Shown here piece by piece: positions 9,665 through 19,740 of a stretch of 64,000 bases of DNA. The translations under genes and the position numbers were made by a program. The stretch covers positions 92,150-156,149 of the forward strand of contig JAUYMS010000042.1 in the NCBI GenBank assembly GCA_030698625.1, in the 5' to 3' direction. The DNA comes from Candidatus Omnitrophota bacterium. GTDB taxonomy: Bacteria; Omnitrophota; Omnitrophia; Omnitrophales; Aquincolibacteriaceae. The stretch's first letter is position 1. Each line of letters opens with the position of its first letter. The notes beneath the pieces are model-generated. The model did no database searches and was not told where the DNA came from. It saw only the letters and a program-made list of their open reading frames with translations.

Positions 9665-11510
9665 ACAAAAGCTCGCTGTGGGAAAAGAAGTTAAATCGGC
9701 AACAGCCATTACGGTCAGATTTGCGGGTGATTCCGGCGACGGAATGCAGCTGACCGGAGACCAATTCACCGACACCGCGGCTCTCATGGGCAATGACTTT
9801 GCCACATTGCCGGACTATCCCGCTGAGATCCGTGCTCCGGTCGGAACCCTGCCCGGCGTCAGCAGTTTTCAAATACAATTTTCGGATTCCATCATCTTTA
9901 CGCCCGGTGACTTAGCCGATGTGCTCGTGGCCATGAATCCGGCAGCCCTTCGGGTTAACCTCACGAACATCAAAAAGGACGGCATGATCATCGTCAATGA
10001 ATCGGTGTTCACGGAAGCCAGCCTGGTAAAGGCCGGGTGGAAGGCGAATCCGCTTGATGATGACACCCTAAAGGATTATCGGGTCTTGCGCGTTCCCCTT
10101 TCGGTGCTGACGAAAAATGCGCTGAAGGATCTTCCCCTTAAACTTACCGAGGTAGAGCGCTGCAAGAACTTCTTCGCCCTCGGTATTATGTTCTGGCTCT
10201 ATGACCGAGATAGGGATCACACCGTCGAGTGGGTGCGAAAAAAATTCGCAAAACGTCCTGAGATCGTAGAGGCAAACATCACCGCCTTGAAAGCCGGATA
10301 CACCTTCGCCGATGTCAGCGAAGCGATGCCGATTCAGTTTCATATCAAACGAGCCAAACTCGAAGCGGGCGTTTACCGCAAAATTACCGGCAATGAGGCT
10401 ACCGCGATCGGTCTTGTCGCAGCGTGTAATCTGGCAAACAAGACCCTCTTTTACGGTTCTTATCCCATTACTCCGGCAAGCAACATTTTGCATGAGCTTG
10501 CGCGCCATAAAAACTTCGGCGTAAAAACCTTTCAGGCCGAAGATGAGATCGCGGCCTGCGGCGCCGCAGTCGGGGCGTCTTTCGGCGGTGAGGTCGGTAT
10601 GACGGGTACGAGCGGTCCCGGATTGTGTCTTAAGTCGGAAATGATAAACCTGGCAATCATGGCAGAACTCCCGCTTGTGGTGGTTAACGTACAACGCGGG
10701 GGTCCGAGTACGGGCATGCCCACAAAAACGGAACAGGCGGATCTCCTGCAGGTTCTTTTTGGCCGTAACGGAGAGTCCCCCATTGCCGTGGTGGCGCCGA
10801 TAACACCGGCCGACTGTTTTCTGATGGCCATTGAAGCTGTCCGCATCGCCATAGAATACATGACCCCCGTGGTCCTGCTTTCGGATGGCAATATTGCCAA
10901 CGCCGCGGAACCTTGGCAATTACCCGAGATTGAAGCGCTTCCCAAGATCAAGGTCACTCATCCGACAAATTCCGACGGCCCTTTTATGCCGTACACGCGC
11001 GACCCTAAAACACTCGCCCGTCCGTGGGCAAAACCCGGAACACCCGGCCTAGAACATCGTATCGGAGGCCTGGCCAAAGCGGACATTACGGGGAATGTGA
11101 GTTACGATCCGGAGAATAATCAGAAGATGATCAATCTCCGCGCCAAGAAGATCCGGCGCATTGCTGACAGTATTCCTGAGTTAACCGTAGACGGCCCGGC
11201 AAAGGGAAAGCTGCTTGTCCTTGGCTGGGGAGGAACTTACGGGCCCCTCTACCAAGCACGTACGGAATTGGAAAGTCAGGGCATCAAAATTTCCCATGCG
11301 CAACTGAAGTACCTGAACCCTTTCCCGAAAAACCTCGGGAGCATTCTCGGGAATTTCGAAAAGGTCTTGATCCCAGAACTAAATATGGGACAATTATTGA
11401 TGTTGATACGCTACCATTTCCCCGGAGTTAATGCCGTCGGCATGCACAAGGTTCAGGGCCATCCGTTCAAAGTGACAGAAGTCGTGGAACATATCCGGAG
11501 CGTCTTATGA
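9657..11510 (+). CDS. korA: 2-oxoacid:ferredoxin oxidoreductase alpha subunit (fused gamma+alpha type).
   Basis: 617 aa. The N-terminal gamma-like region and pyruvate-flavodoxin/ferredoxin oxidoreductase core (GSYPITPASN, GPGLCLKSE) are followed by a beta-subunit gene with a 4-nt overlap. Confidence 0.8.
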   Translation: MDKQKLAVGKEVKSATAITVRFAGDSGDGMQLTGDQFTDTAALMGNDFATLPDYPAEIRAPVGTLPGVSSFQIQFSDSIIFTPGDLADVLVAMNPAALRVNLTNIKKDGMIIVNESVFTEASLVKAGWKANPLDDDTLKDYRVLRVPLSVLTKNALKDLPLKLTEVERCKNFFALGIMFWLYDRDRDHTVEWVRKKFAKRPEIVEANITALKAGYTFADVSEAMPIQFHIKRAKLEAGVYRKITGNEATAIGLVAACNLANKTLFYGSYPITPASNILHELARHKNFGVKTFQAEDEIAACGAAVGASFGGEVGMTGTSGPGLCLKSEMINLAIMAELPLVVVNVQRGGPSTGMPTKTEQADLLQVLFGRNGESPIAVVAPITPADCFLMAIEAVRIAIEYMTPVVLLSDGNIANAAEPWQLPEIEALPKIKVTHPTNSDGPFMPYTRDPKTLARPWAKPGTPGLEHRIGGLAKADITGNVSYDPENNQKMINLRAKKIRRIADSIPELTVDGPAKGKLLVLGWGGTYGPLYQARTELESQGIKISHAQLKYLNPFPKNLGSILGNFEKVLIPELNMGQLLMLIRYHFPGVNAVGMHKVQGHPFKVTEVVEHIRSVL

Positions 11511-12541
11511 GTTCGATAGACACAAAAAAAATTCCCTTCACAAAGAATGACTTCGTTTCCGGCCAAGAGATCCGCTGGTGTCCAGGATGCGGTGATTATG
11601 CCATTTTGGCCACGATGCAGCGCACCCTCGCGAAATTTGATATCAAGCGCGAAAATCACGTCTTTATCTCTGGCATCGGCTGCTCAAGCCGTTTTCCGTA
11701 TTACATGAACACCTACGGTTTCCATACCGTGCACGGCCGGGCTCCGACGATTGCGAGCGGTCTTCGTTGCGTCAACCCCGATCTTTCCATCTGGGTCATT
11801 ACCGGAGACGGTGACGGCCTGAGCATCGGCGGCAATCACTTACTGCATTGCATGCGCCGGAACATGAATCTTAATATCTTGCTCGTCAACAATAGGACGT
11901 ATGGACTTACCAAGGGGCAGTATTCCCCCACTTCGGAGATGGGTAAGGTGACGAAATCCAGCCCGATGGGATCCATCGACCACCCTATCAACGCTCTCTG
12001 CGTCGCGCTGGCCTCAGAAGCGACCTTTGTCGCACGGACTCTGGACAACGACCCTATTCATATGAGTGAGACTTTCAAACGAGCTATGGATCACAAAGGC
12101 ACCTCGTTTGTCGAGGTTTACCAGAACTGCAACATCTTTAATGACAAGGCATTCGTGCCGGTTACCGGCCGCGACAACCGAGACGACCGAATGATCTACC
12201 TTGAAGACGGGAAACCGCTCATCTACGGCAAAGAAAAAAACCGCGGCATTCGCTTGGTTGGCATGAAACCGGAGATCGTCGACATTGATAACCAGGAACT
12301 CGACCAGCTTCCGGTGATACTCATGAGCCACAATGAAAAAACAGCGGATCCAAGCTACGCCTATATGCTAACTCAGATGGATCACCCCGAAATGCCGGTG
12401 CCCTTCGGTGTTTTTCGGGCCCTTGAAAGACCGACTTACGATGATTTACTAAACGGTCAGGTCAAAACCGCCATAAAAAAACTAGGCCCCGGTGACCTAA
12501 AAAAACTCATTCACGGCGATAACACATGGACGGTGAATTGA
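11507..12541 (+). CDS. korB: 2-oxoacid:ferredoxin oxidoreductase beta subunit (TPP-binding).
   Basis: 344 aa. CPGCGDY Cys cluster and TPP-binding GDGDG motif (ITGDGDGLSIGGNH). Confidence 0.8.
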   Translation: MSSIDTKKIPFTKNDFVSGQEIRWCPGCGDYAILATMQRTLAKFDIKRENHVFISGIGCSSRFPYYMNTYGFHTVHGRAPTIASGLRCVNPDLSIWVITGDGDGLSIGGNHLLHCMRRNMNLNILLVNNRTYGLTKGQYSPTSEMGKVTKSSPMGSIDHPINALCVALASEATFVARTLDNDPIHMSETFKRAMDHKGTSFVEVYQNCNIFNDKAFVPVTGRDNRDDRMIYLEDGKPLIYGKEKNRGIRLVGMKPEIVDIDNQELDQLPVILMSHNEKTADPSYAYMLTQMDHPEMPVPFGVFRALERPTYDDLLNGQVKTAIKKLGPGDLKKLIHGDNTWTVN

Positions 12542-12542
12542 T

Positions 12543-13076
12543 ATGCAAACAGGCCTGAAATGCCCTTCCTGCGGCCACGCCAATCTGCTGGGCAATGATC
12601 GTTGCGAACAGTGCTTTGCTTCACTCATGACAAGCGACCTTCCGCGTCCCAAGAAAGGTGACAAGATTCAGAACGCCATGATGACGGATCCCGTCTCCGC
12701 TCTTTTAACCGGCGCGGATCTGCTCGTTGCAAGCACAACCGATTCGGTCGGAGATATCATTCGCGTCATGCAGGAAAAACAGAAGAGATGCATGGTTATC
12801 TATAAAGACAAAAAATTAGTGGGGATCGTCAGTGACAGAGACATCCTCTTCAAGGTTGCCAATCGCGACAAAGATCCGAAAAAGATGAAAGTCGAGAGCG
12901 TCATGACTCCCAATCCCGAATTCGTCACTGCCGACGATCCCATTGCCTTCGTAATTAACAAAATGGCCATGGGGGGATTCCGGCACGTTCCTGTTCTGGC
13001 AGCCGACGGTACGCCGTTGAGCATTGTTTCCATCAAAGACGTCCTTGCCTACCTAAAAAATCGCGGGAAAAACTGA
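12543..13076 (+). CDS. Zinc-ribbon plus CBS-pair protein.
   Basis: 177 aa. N-terminal CPSCGHAN...CEQC zinc ribbon, then two CBS repeats. Confidence 0.7.
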   Translation: MQTGLKCPSCGHANLLGNDRCEQCFASLMTSDLPRPKKGDKIQNAMMTDPVSALLTGADLLVASTTDSVGDIIRVMQEKQKRCMVIYKDKKLVGIVSDRDILFKVANRDKDPKKMKVESVMTPNPEFVTADDPIAFVINKMAMGGFRHVPVLAADGTPLSIVSIKDVLAYLKNRGKN

Positions 13077-13096
13077 TTCCGCGGCGGGAACAGCCG

Positions 13097-15085
13097 GTGA
13101 GTTGTCCTTCTAATTTTTCTCGATGGCAATGGGGCATCCTCTTGGCGGGATTTTTTCTATCGTTGCTGCTACCCGTTGTACAGATCTTTCACTCCTCCGA
13201 AATATCCGTCCTGACGCATCGTTCAGGTGCCGAGTGGATTCGCTACCCCGAAGCCCCGCACACCCTTCCGCGTCAGGTACTGACCCCAACCGTCTTTTCT
13301 AAATCAATCTCCGTGGAAGGCTTCGAAGACACGGCCGAACTCGAACTCAGGGCTCCGGGGCACGTAAAACTGACCGTTAACGGGAAGACTGTTTGGCAGC
13401 GTAAATGGCGCGAGGGCAATTGGAAGAAATCAGGCCCCATTGTCGTCGGCCGGCAACTTGTTCCGGGTCGAAATCTAATCGTTGTGGAAATCGATAATCC
13501 TCTCGGGCCCCACATGTTTCAATTGAGAAGCCGGGCCGTTACACCGCCGCTGCAAAGTGATGAAACCTGGGCCGTTACCCAGGGGAATCGTCCGCCGGCG
13601 CGTGCCGTAAAAGTTTCCGAGAAATCGCTGCCGGACGCCAAGACGGCTTATCCGACAGCGGCGGCCGCACTAGTCCGTCACGGCAAATTACTCGGCACCT
13701 TAATGGCAGTCTTTTCGCTTTTTTTCATTCTTGGGCCGCAATTACGCTTGAAGGAGCTGATACGCTGGGGGCCGGTCTGTCTGCTTGCGGGCGTTACGCT
13801 GATATGGGGCTGGCTTTATGTGCGAGTATGGACAGAGCTTCCTATGCGTATTGGTTTTGATTCCGGTGGTCATATCGGGTATGTCGATTTTATTCTTGAG
13901 AAGGGCAGACTGCCGCTGGCCCACGAGGGGTGGTCGACCTTCCACCCGCCCCTCTACTATTTACTTACGTCCCTTTGTCTCGGCGCCGTAAAAATCTTCT
14001 CCGGGACACCGGCAGTTATAAGCGCGGCTTACCGTTTTATACCCTTTGTTTGCGGTCTCGGGCATATTTTCCTGTGTTGGGCCCTTGCGCGGTGTATCTT
14101 CACCGATAACTCCGGAAAAATTCTTCTGACGGTGGCTGCGGCGGCGGCAACACCGATGAACGTGTATTTGTCAGCGTATCCCGGCAACGAACCGCTACAA
14201 TCTTTTCTGGTGGGGGCCGCAATCGTAGTCACGGCACATATGCTCATGCGCGAACGTGCCCTCCTCGGAGAAGCGCTATTTATCGGCGCCCTGCTCGGTC
14301 TGGCCGTGCTTACCAAGTTCACGTCTCTGGCAGCGATCCCGGTTATCGCCCTTTTCCTTGGAGTCAAGAAAACACTCATTGAAAAGTCTCCCGCCCGGGA
14401 CACCTTGAAATACTTGACGGCGCTCATCGTACCGATTGTCTGCATCACCGGATGGTATTTCGCCCGAAACATTGCTGAATACGGCAGGCCGGTTATTGTA
14501 AACTGGGGACTAAAGGATCAGTTGTGGTGGCAGGACCCCGGCTATCACATGCCGGCTTATTACCTTAATTTCGGCGCGGCCCTTGTCCGCCCCTATTTCT
14601 CGGCGTTCCTGTCCTTTTGGGACGGCATGTATTCCACGTTCTGGGGAGACGGCAATCTGGGCGGTCTCGCGCAGCTCGACGAAGCCCTGCAACTTGGGTG
14701 GTGGCGTTTTGATTTGATGACGGCAACTTACCCGCTCGCGGTGCCTGCGACACTCATGATCCTCCTGGGATTTACCGCCTGCCTGCGCCAAGGTCTCGGA
14801 GCCGGAGAAATCAGGCGGCGTTGGACGCTCACGTTTCTGGCGACTATTGCCTATACCTTTATCTGGTTCGTCGCGTATGCCACCATGCGCGTTCCGATTT
14901 TTTCCCAGACAAAAGCATTTTATTGCTTATCGGTCATGGGACCCATCTGCGTGTTTTTTACTTTGGGATTTACGGCGACAAGAGATTTTTTAGGTGCCAG
15001 GATGGGTGTCCTGGGAAAGGCCATCCTCTACGGGTGGCTGGGGACACTTCTGACCGTCGTCTACCGCACTTACGGACTCGGGTAA
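13097..15085 (+). CDS. Polytopic membrane protein, GT-C fold (GT39/ArnT/PMT-like) glycosyltransferase candidate.
   Basis: 662 aa with many predicted TM helices and a GTG start. It is a paralog in architecture of the 34023..35879 protein. Confidence 0.5.
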   Translation: MSCPSNFSRWQWGILLAGFFLSLLLPVVQIFHSSEISVLTHRSGAEWIRYPEAPHTLPRQVLTPTVFSKSISVEGFEDTAELELRAPGHVKLTVNGKTVWQRKWREGNWKKSGPIVVGRQLVPGRNLIVVEIDNPLGPHMFQLRSRAVTPPLQSDETWAVTQGNRPPARAVKVSEKSLPDAKTAYPTAAAALVRHGKLLGTLMAVFSLFFILGPQLRLKELIRWGPVCLLAGVTLIWGWLYVRVWTELPMRIGFDSGGHIGYVDFILEKGRLPLAHEGWSTFHPPLYYLLTSLCLGAVKIFSGTPAVISAAYRFIPFVCGLGHIFLCWALARCIFTDNSGKILLTVAAAAATPMNVYLSAYPGNEPLQSFLVGAAIVVTAHMLMRERALLGEALFIGALLGLAVLTKFTSLAAIPVIALFLGVKKTLIEKSPARDTLKYLTALIVPIVCITGWYFARNIAEYGRPVIVNWGLKDQLWWQDPGYHMPAYYLNFGAALVRPYFSAFLSFWDGMYSTFWGDGNLGGLAQLDEALQLGWWRFDLMTATYPLAVPATLMILLGFTACLRQGLGAGEIRRRWTLTFLATIAYTFIWFVAYATMRVPIFSQTKAFYCLSVMGPICVFFTLGFTATRDFLGARMGVLGKAILYGWLGTLLTVVYRTYGLG

Positions 15086-15088
15086 CCG

Positions 15089-16198
15089 CTACCCGTTACG
15101 CGAAGCAAACTCTTTCATAAAACCAATCAGCGCATTAACCCCTTCCAGCGTTTGGGCATTGTAGATGGAGGCGCGCAAACCTCCTATGGAACGATGCCCC
15201 TCCAAACCGCCCAATCCCGCCTTCAAGGCCTCGCCGACAAACTGCTTTTCTAAGTCTTCGCGATCACCGCGAATTCGAAAAACAACGTTCATCACAGACC
15301 GGTCGGCCTTCTCGATAGGGCTGTAATAGAAATCATTTACGTCGATAGCCTCATAGAGCCTCTTCGCTTTTTCCTCGTTCCGGATCTCAAGGGCGGCCAT
15401 CCCCCCTTGTGCCTCCGTCCACTCTGTCACAAGCGCCGCCACATAAATCGGAAAAACAGGGGGCGTGTTGTAAAGAGAGCGGTGCTTAATATGGGTCCGG
15501 TATTGCAGAGTGGTGCCAATCGTGTCTTTCGCCTTCTCCGCCAAATCCTTGCGTATAATAACGACCGTCACACCGGCCGGTCCTAAATTCTTCTGTGCGC
15601 TTGCGAAGACAAGACCAAACTTTGAGATATCAATACGTCGTGACAGAATATCAGACGTCATATCCGCAACCAACGGAACGGCTCCGGTGTCGGGAAACTC
15701 ATGCCACTGAGTTCCATATATGGTATTGTTGGAAGCTATATAGACATAGGAAGCATTGGGACTCAAATCGATTTCTTCGAGCCGGGGAAGGCGCTTGAAG
15801 TTTTCCTTCTCAAGCGACGCGGCCAACCGATATTCAGTTAACCGTTCCAACTCCATAATTGCCGCCTGAGTCCATATGCCCGTATTGATGACGTCAACCG
15901 GTTTTCCCTTCGCATAAAGGTTCATCGGAATCATCGAGAACTGCAGCCGCGCGCCCCCCGACAGAAACAAGACCGCGTAATCGTCACTAATTCCGAGAAG
16001 GCGGCGAAGGCCTCCCTCAGCACGGTCCAACACACCTTCAAAGTGCTTAGAGCGGTGGCTGATCTCCATAACGGACATTCCCGTATTCTGAAAGTTGAGT
16101 AATTCCTCCCGAACCTTCTCTAAAACCGAAAGAGGCAGAGCTGCGGGTCCCGAGCTGAAGTTATAGATTCGTTCTTCCAAGGTATCCCTCGTTTTCAT
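15089..16198 (-). CDS. serC: Phosphoserine aminotransferase.
   Basis: 369 aa. FSSGPAALP...MEISHRSKHF and the PLP-lysine region, typical of SerC. Confidence 0.85.
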   Translation of the reverse strand: MKTRDTLEERIYNFSSGPAALPLSVLEKVREELLNFQNTGMSVMEISHRSKHFEGVLDRAEGGLRRLLGISDDYAVLFLSGGARLQFSMIPMNLYAKGKPVDVINTGIWTQAAIMELERLTEYRLAASLEKENFKRLPRLEEIDLSPNASYVYIASNNTIYGTQWHEFPDTGAVPLVADMTSDILSRRIDISKFGLVFASAQKNLGPAGVTVVIIRKDLAEKAKDTIGTTLQYRTHIKHRSLYNTPPVFPIYVAALVTEWTEAQGGMAALEIRNEEKAKRLYEAIDVNDFYYSPIEKADRSVMNVVFRIRGDREDLEKQFVGEALKAGLGGLEGHRSIGGLRASIYNAQTLEGVNALIGFMKEFASRNG

Positions 16199-16671
16199 GC
16201 ATGTTCACTCCTTAGGAAATCTAAAATTTCGTCGCTATGCCCCTCGGGCTTTACTTTCGAATAGATCTTCTCGATCTTCCCTTTTTTACCGATCACAAAC
16301 GTCGAGCGCGCAACTCCCATATAGGACCTGCCGTACATACTCTTTTTTACCCAGACCCCGTAAGCGCGGCAAATTTTTTTATTTTCGTCACTTAACAGCA
16401 GAAAAGGAAGCTTGAATTTCTTAACAAACTTTTCATGGTCACTCAGTCCATCGGGGCTGACACCAAGGATGACCGCTCCCGCTTTTTCGATCTTGCTCCT
16501 GTCGTCCCTAAACTCGCAGGCCTCCACCGTACATCCTGGGGTGTTATCCTTGGGGTAAAAATAGAGAACCACCCTTTTCTTGCCCTTAAAATCCTTCAAA
16601 GCAACCTTTTCCCCGTTACTGGACTGAAGATTAAATTGCGGCGCCTTCACGCCCTCTTTGAGTTTTGCCAT
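16195..16671 (-). CDS. bcp: Thioredoxin-dependent peroxiredoxin (Bcp type).
   Basis: 158 aa. YFYPKDNTPGCT peroxidatic Cys motif. Confidence 0.85.
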   Translation of the reverse strand: MAKLKEGVKAPQFNLQSSNGEKVALKDFKGKKRVVLYFYPKDNTPGCTVEACEFRDDRSKIEKAGAVILGVSPDGLSDHEKFVKKFKLPFLLLSDENKKICRAYGVWVKKSMYGRSYMGVARSTFVIGKKGKIEKIYSKVKPEGHSDEILDFLRSEHA

Positions 16672-16690
16672 AGCTGTCTCCCATAATTGA

Positions 16691-17053
16691 TTATTGTGTC
16701 TGTTTGATTAAATCCAAGAAAAGCGTCGGCATCTGGGGGTGTGCGCCGATATGCGGCGGTACTTTAAACGCCACCTGCGGATATTTCTCTCGGGCCTCGC
16801 GAATCAGATGAGGAATATCATTCAAAATGTGCTTTCCGGAATTAAGGAAATTGAGCAGCACAACAATTTCCGCAGCTCCCTGATTGACACAGGAAGCGAC
16901 AGCCTCGGGAACACTCGGTGACTCGATGTCGAGGAAGGCATGCTCCAGAATCGGATAACCCGCTTCTTCGCGCAGCGACTTTACCAGGCGCAGAACCTCT
17001 TCTTGGGTTTCATGGGCCCGACTTCCGTGTGAGATAAGCAGAATTGCCTTCAA
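16691..17053 (-). CDS. cbiX: Small sirohydrochlorin cobaltochelatase CbiX.
   Basis: 120 aa. LLISHGSRAHET and HAFLDIESPS, typical of short CbiX. Confidence 0.7.
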   Translation of the reverse strand: MKAILLISHGSRAHETQEEVLRLVKSLREEAGYPILEHAFLDIESPSVPEAVASCVNQGAAEIVVLLNFLNSGKHILNDIPHLIREAREKYPQVAFKVPPHIGAHPQMPTLFLDLIKQTQ

Positions 17054-17067
17054 AGCAGCCGATGCCT

Positions 17068-18066
17068 CTATGCCGAAACCTTCAGGTACTCGTCAATCTC
17101 TTGAATCAACTTCTTGCTATCACTATATATCAGGACATTATTCCTACCCAGGGACTTTACGGCATCAATACCCAGATGCTCCGGACATATCGCACCAAAA
17201 AGGATCTTCTTAGTGGCTTCGTCGGCGTAAAGGTCTCGATACAGTCCCGCGATATCCAGCACGGTTGTATCTTCCCAAAACTGGCCTAAGATCAATTCGG
17301 GTTTCTTTTCCTTAGCCAGCTTCAATACCCCGCTCTCGTTGACACCGTTGATGACCGAGAAACCCAATGACTCCAGATGCTTTTTGGCACTTTCAAGTAT
17401 AAAATCTTCAGCGGCAACAACCACGGCTAACTTTCCCCGAGCGGCGGAGTTAGCTTCCTGCGCTCCGGACGGCTGCGCCGTTTCCTCAACGGGTAAAGGA
17501 GGGGCGTCATTACCGAGTGCCTCTGCCACTTTGGTTAAAAGGACGTTAGATGAAACCGCCTTATCCAGAAAGGCAAAGACGGCCCAATCCGGAAAATAAT
17601 CCTTAAAACTCTTTCGGGCTGACATGACAATGACGGGTATCTTATCCATCCCTTCGACCTCAACCTTGAGTTTTGCCAACAGCTCGTAGCCTGTCATTTC
17701 CGGCATAAGCACATCCATAAGGATGAGATCCGGCTTTTCCGCTTTGACCCTATCAAACCCTTCGCGACCGTTGTCGGCGCGCGTAACCTCATAGCCGTGT
17801 TTCCTGAGATCAAACTCCATCAAATGAGCATAACTAGCGTCGTCTTCGATGAGCAGGATTTTTTGATGGTTGCCTGCCGGCACAGACTCCGCTTGGCCGC
17901 CCTCGGATGCGACAGCCTTCTGTGCCCCTGTTGACGCGGCGTCCTTAGGTTCTTCTTCGCCGCCGGCCTGGGCGTTGCACCGCGAGCAGAACATCTCAGC
18001 GGGAGATCGCGGCTCAAACGACGAGCCGCACGTCATGCAATTCTTGGAAATTTTTTTGTTCGCCAC
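17068..18066 (-). CDS. Response regulator with N-terminal C4 zinc ribbon, REC domain and a second receiver-like domain.
   Basis: 332 aa. CMTCGS...CSRC, then KILLIEDD...LILMDVLMPEMTGY (phospho-acceptor Asp), then a second CheY-like domain. Confidence 0.8.
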   Translation of the reverse strand: MANKKISKNCMTCGSSFEPRSPAEMFCSRCNAQAGGEEEPKDAASTGAQKAVASEGGQAESVPAGNHQKILLIEDDASYAHLMEFDLRKHGYEVTRADNGREGFDRVKAEKPDLILMDVLMPEMTGYELLAKLKVEVEGMDKIPVIVMSARKSFKDYFPDWAVFAFLDKAVSSNVLLTKVAEALGNDAPPLPVEETAQPSGAQEANSAARGKLAVVVAAEDFILESAKKHLESLGFSVINGVNESGVLKLAKEKKPELILGQFWEDTTVLDIAGLYRDLYADEATKKILFGAICPEHLGIDAVKSLGRNNVLIYSDSKKLIQEIDEYLKVSA

Positions 18067-18069
18067 GGA

Positions 18070-19023
18070 TTAGGCCTTTCGCTGCATATGCTCGTCGATG
18101 AGCTTGACTAAATCATCGCTTTGTTGATAGATGAGCACCTTTGATGGGTTAACAACTTTGACCGCATCAAGCCCCAAGTGATCCGCGGCAAAGGTCGCGA
18201 AGCGTATGCTTTTCATCTCCGGATCCGTATTAAATGCCTGATAGATTTTACCGACATCCAGGGTAGTCGTATCTTCCCAATACTGTGCCAGAACCATGTC
18301 GGGTCTGATTTCCTTCGCCTTCTGAATAGTTCCTGCTTCGTTAACTCCGTTGAGAACCCTATACCCGTTCCCCTCAAGGTGCTGCTTCACTTTTTCGAGT
18401 AGGAACTCCTCTACGGCCGTGACGATAACCGTCTTTCCCGAACTGCGCTGGGTCGGTTGCGGGGCACTGGCAGCAGGCGCAGCGTCAGAAGTCCCGATGG
18501 CCTCTACAACCCTTTCCATCATGATTTCCGGCTCAAAGGGTTTCGCCAAAAACGTCAGGATCGCCCAACTGGGGAAAAATTCCTTCATGCTGTGCTTTGC
18601 CGACATTACAATCACCGGGATTTCGCCGATATCCGCATCATCCCTGAGATGCTCAACCAGCTGATACCCCGTCATCTCGGGCATTAAGACATCCGTTATA
18701 ATTAGGTTCGGTTTCTCCGTCCGAGCCACCGCTAGACCTTCCCGACCATTACTTGCCGTAACAACCGCATAGTTCATTTTTGAAAGACGCGACTTTAGAA
18801 GCAAAACAATGGCCGGTTCATCGTCAACAATGAGGATCTTCTTTGAGCCGACAATGGCGGGCTCTTCAACGGCTGCGGGCTTAGCAGGCTCAGGCTCTTT
18901 TTCCTCTTTGGCCTTATCGGGTTCTCCGCCGCAACGCTGGCAAAAAATCTCGTCGCCGGAGGGGGTAAATGACGTCCCGCATATCGTACACGACTTACTT
19001 CTGGGTGCGCGCTTTGTCATCAA
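18070..19023 (-). CDS. Response regulator, tandem paralog of 17068..18066 (zinc ribbon + REC + receiver-like).
   Basis: 317 aa with the same architecture and conserved DVLMPEMTGY. Confidence 0.8.
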   Translation of the reverse strand: MMTKRAPRSKSCTICGTSFTPSGDEIFCQRCGGEPDKAKEEKEPEPAKPAAVEEPAIVGSKKILIVDDEPAIVLLLKSRLSKMNYAVVTASNGREGLAVARTEKPNLIITDVLMPEMTGYQLVEHLRDDADIGEIPVIVMSAKHSMKEFFPSWAILTFLAKPFEPEIMMERVVEAIGTSDAAPAASAPQPTQRSSGKTVIVTAVEEFLLEKVKQHLEGNGYRVLNGVNEAGTIQKAKEIRPDMVLAQYWEDTTTLDVGKIYQAFNTDPEMKSIRFATFAADHLGLDAVKVVNPSKVLIYQQSDDLVKLIDEHMQRKA

Positions 19024-19104
19024 CTCCTCCAGCGGGGCTCAGGAATCCTCAAAACATGTGCTCTGGGCAGAGTTTACACATTCTCTGCTCAAAATGCAAT
19101 TTAC

Positions 19105-19612
19105 GAATTAGCGGTGGGTGAATTCCTGTAGCTGCGACCGTCGCAGCAAGAGGTATTCTCCGCCCGGAGAAATTCTTCGCAGAGGACTCCGAATACCTCA
19201 CGGCGCGAGGTGAAAGCGAGGTTGTCCGAAACGCTACGGATTTCTCGGCCTATCCTGCCCATCAAAGTCTTGCCGAGAACCGTTGACTTTGATACCCGCT
19301 GATACGGCCCGAGAAATCCTCCGCATGTTTCTGACAACCTCGCTTTCACCCAGCTTTGGCCTGCCTCAGCGACAGGGGTCCCTTTTGGGGGCCGTTGCGG
19401 TAAGAGGTATTCGGAGCCCAATAAGAGAAATTCTGAAGACTGAGGACGCAGCTAACTTACTAGGGGAGACCGTCGATAGGAGCTTTAGCTCCGTTATCGA
19501 CGGCGGGGTCCCCGTAAGTCAGTGGAGTCCTCCGCGAAGAATTTCTCCGGGCGGAGAATACCTCTTGCCGCTGCGGCCGCAACTACAGGGATGCACCCAT
19601 TAGCGGTCTCGA
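19105..19612. repeat. About 510-bp nested inverted-repeat (foldback/MITE-like) element in the 717-bp gap between two response-regulator genes.
   Basis: Outer arms 19125..19190 and 19524..19589 are about 90% reverse-complementary over 66 bp. Inner arms 19207..19250 and 19306..19350 and a local hairpin at 19458..19500 are also present. The mirrored 106-aa ORFs on both strands are an artefact of the symmetry. Confidence 0.75.
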
Positions 19613-19740
19613 ATCGCAAGCTCAAAAGCCTGGGGAAATCCCCCGTCGAAACCAGCGGGGGTTTGCTTCGGCGAGAGACGTTGAAGCTTTTCGAGTTGTG
19701 GGCAAATCGCAATGATCAGAAGGCGTACTAAACTAAGTCG

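Noticed and set aside
19101-19603. Two overlapping 106-aa ORFs on opposite strands in the intergenic gap.
   Set aside because: Their equal length and mirrored peptides (GEYLLPQRP and GGEYLLPLRP) come from the DNA palindrome and are not coding.
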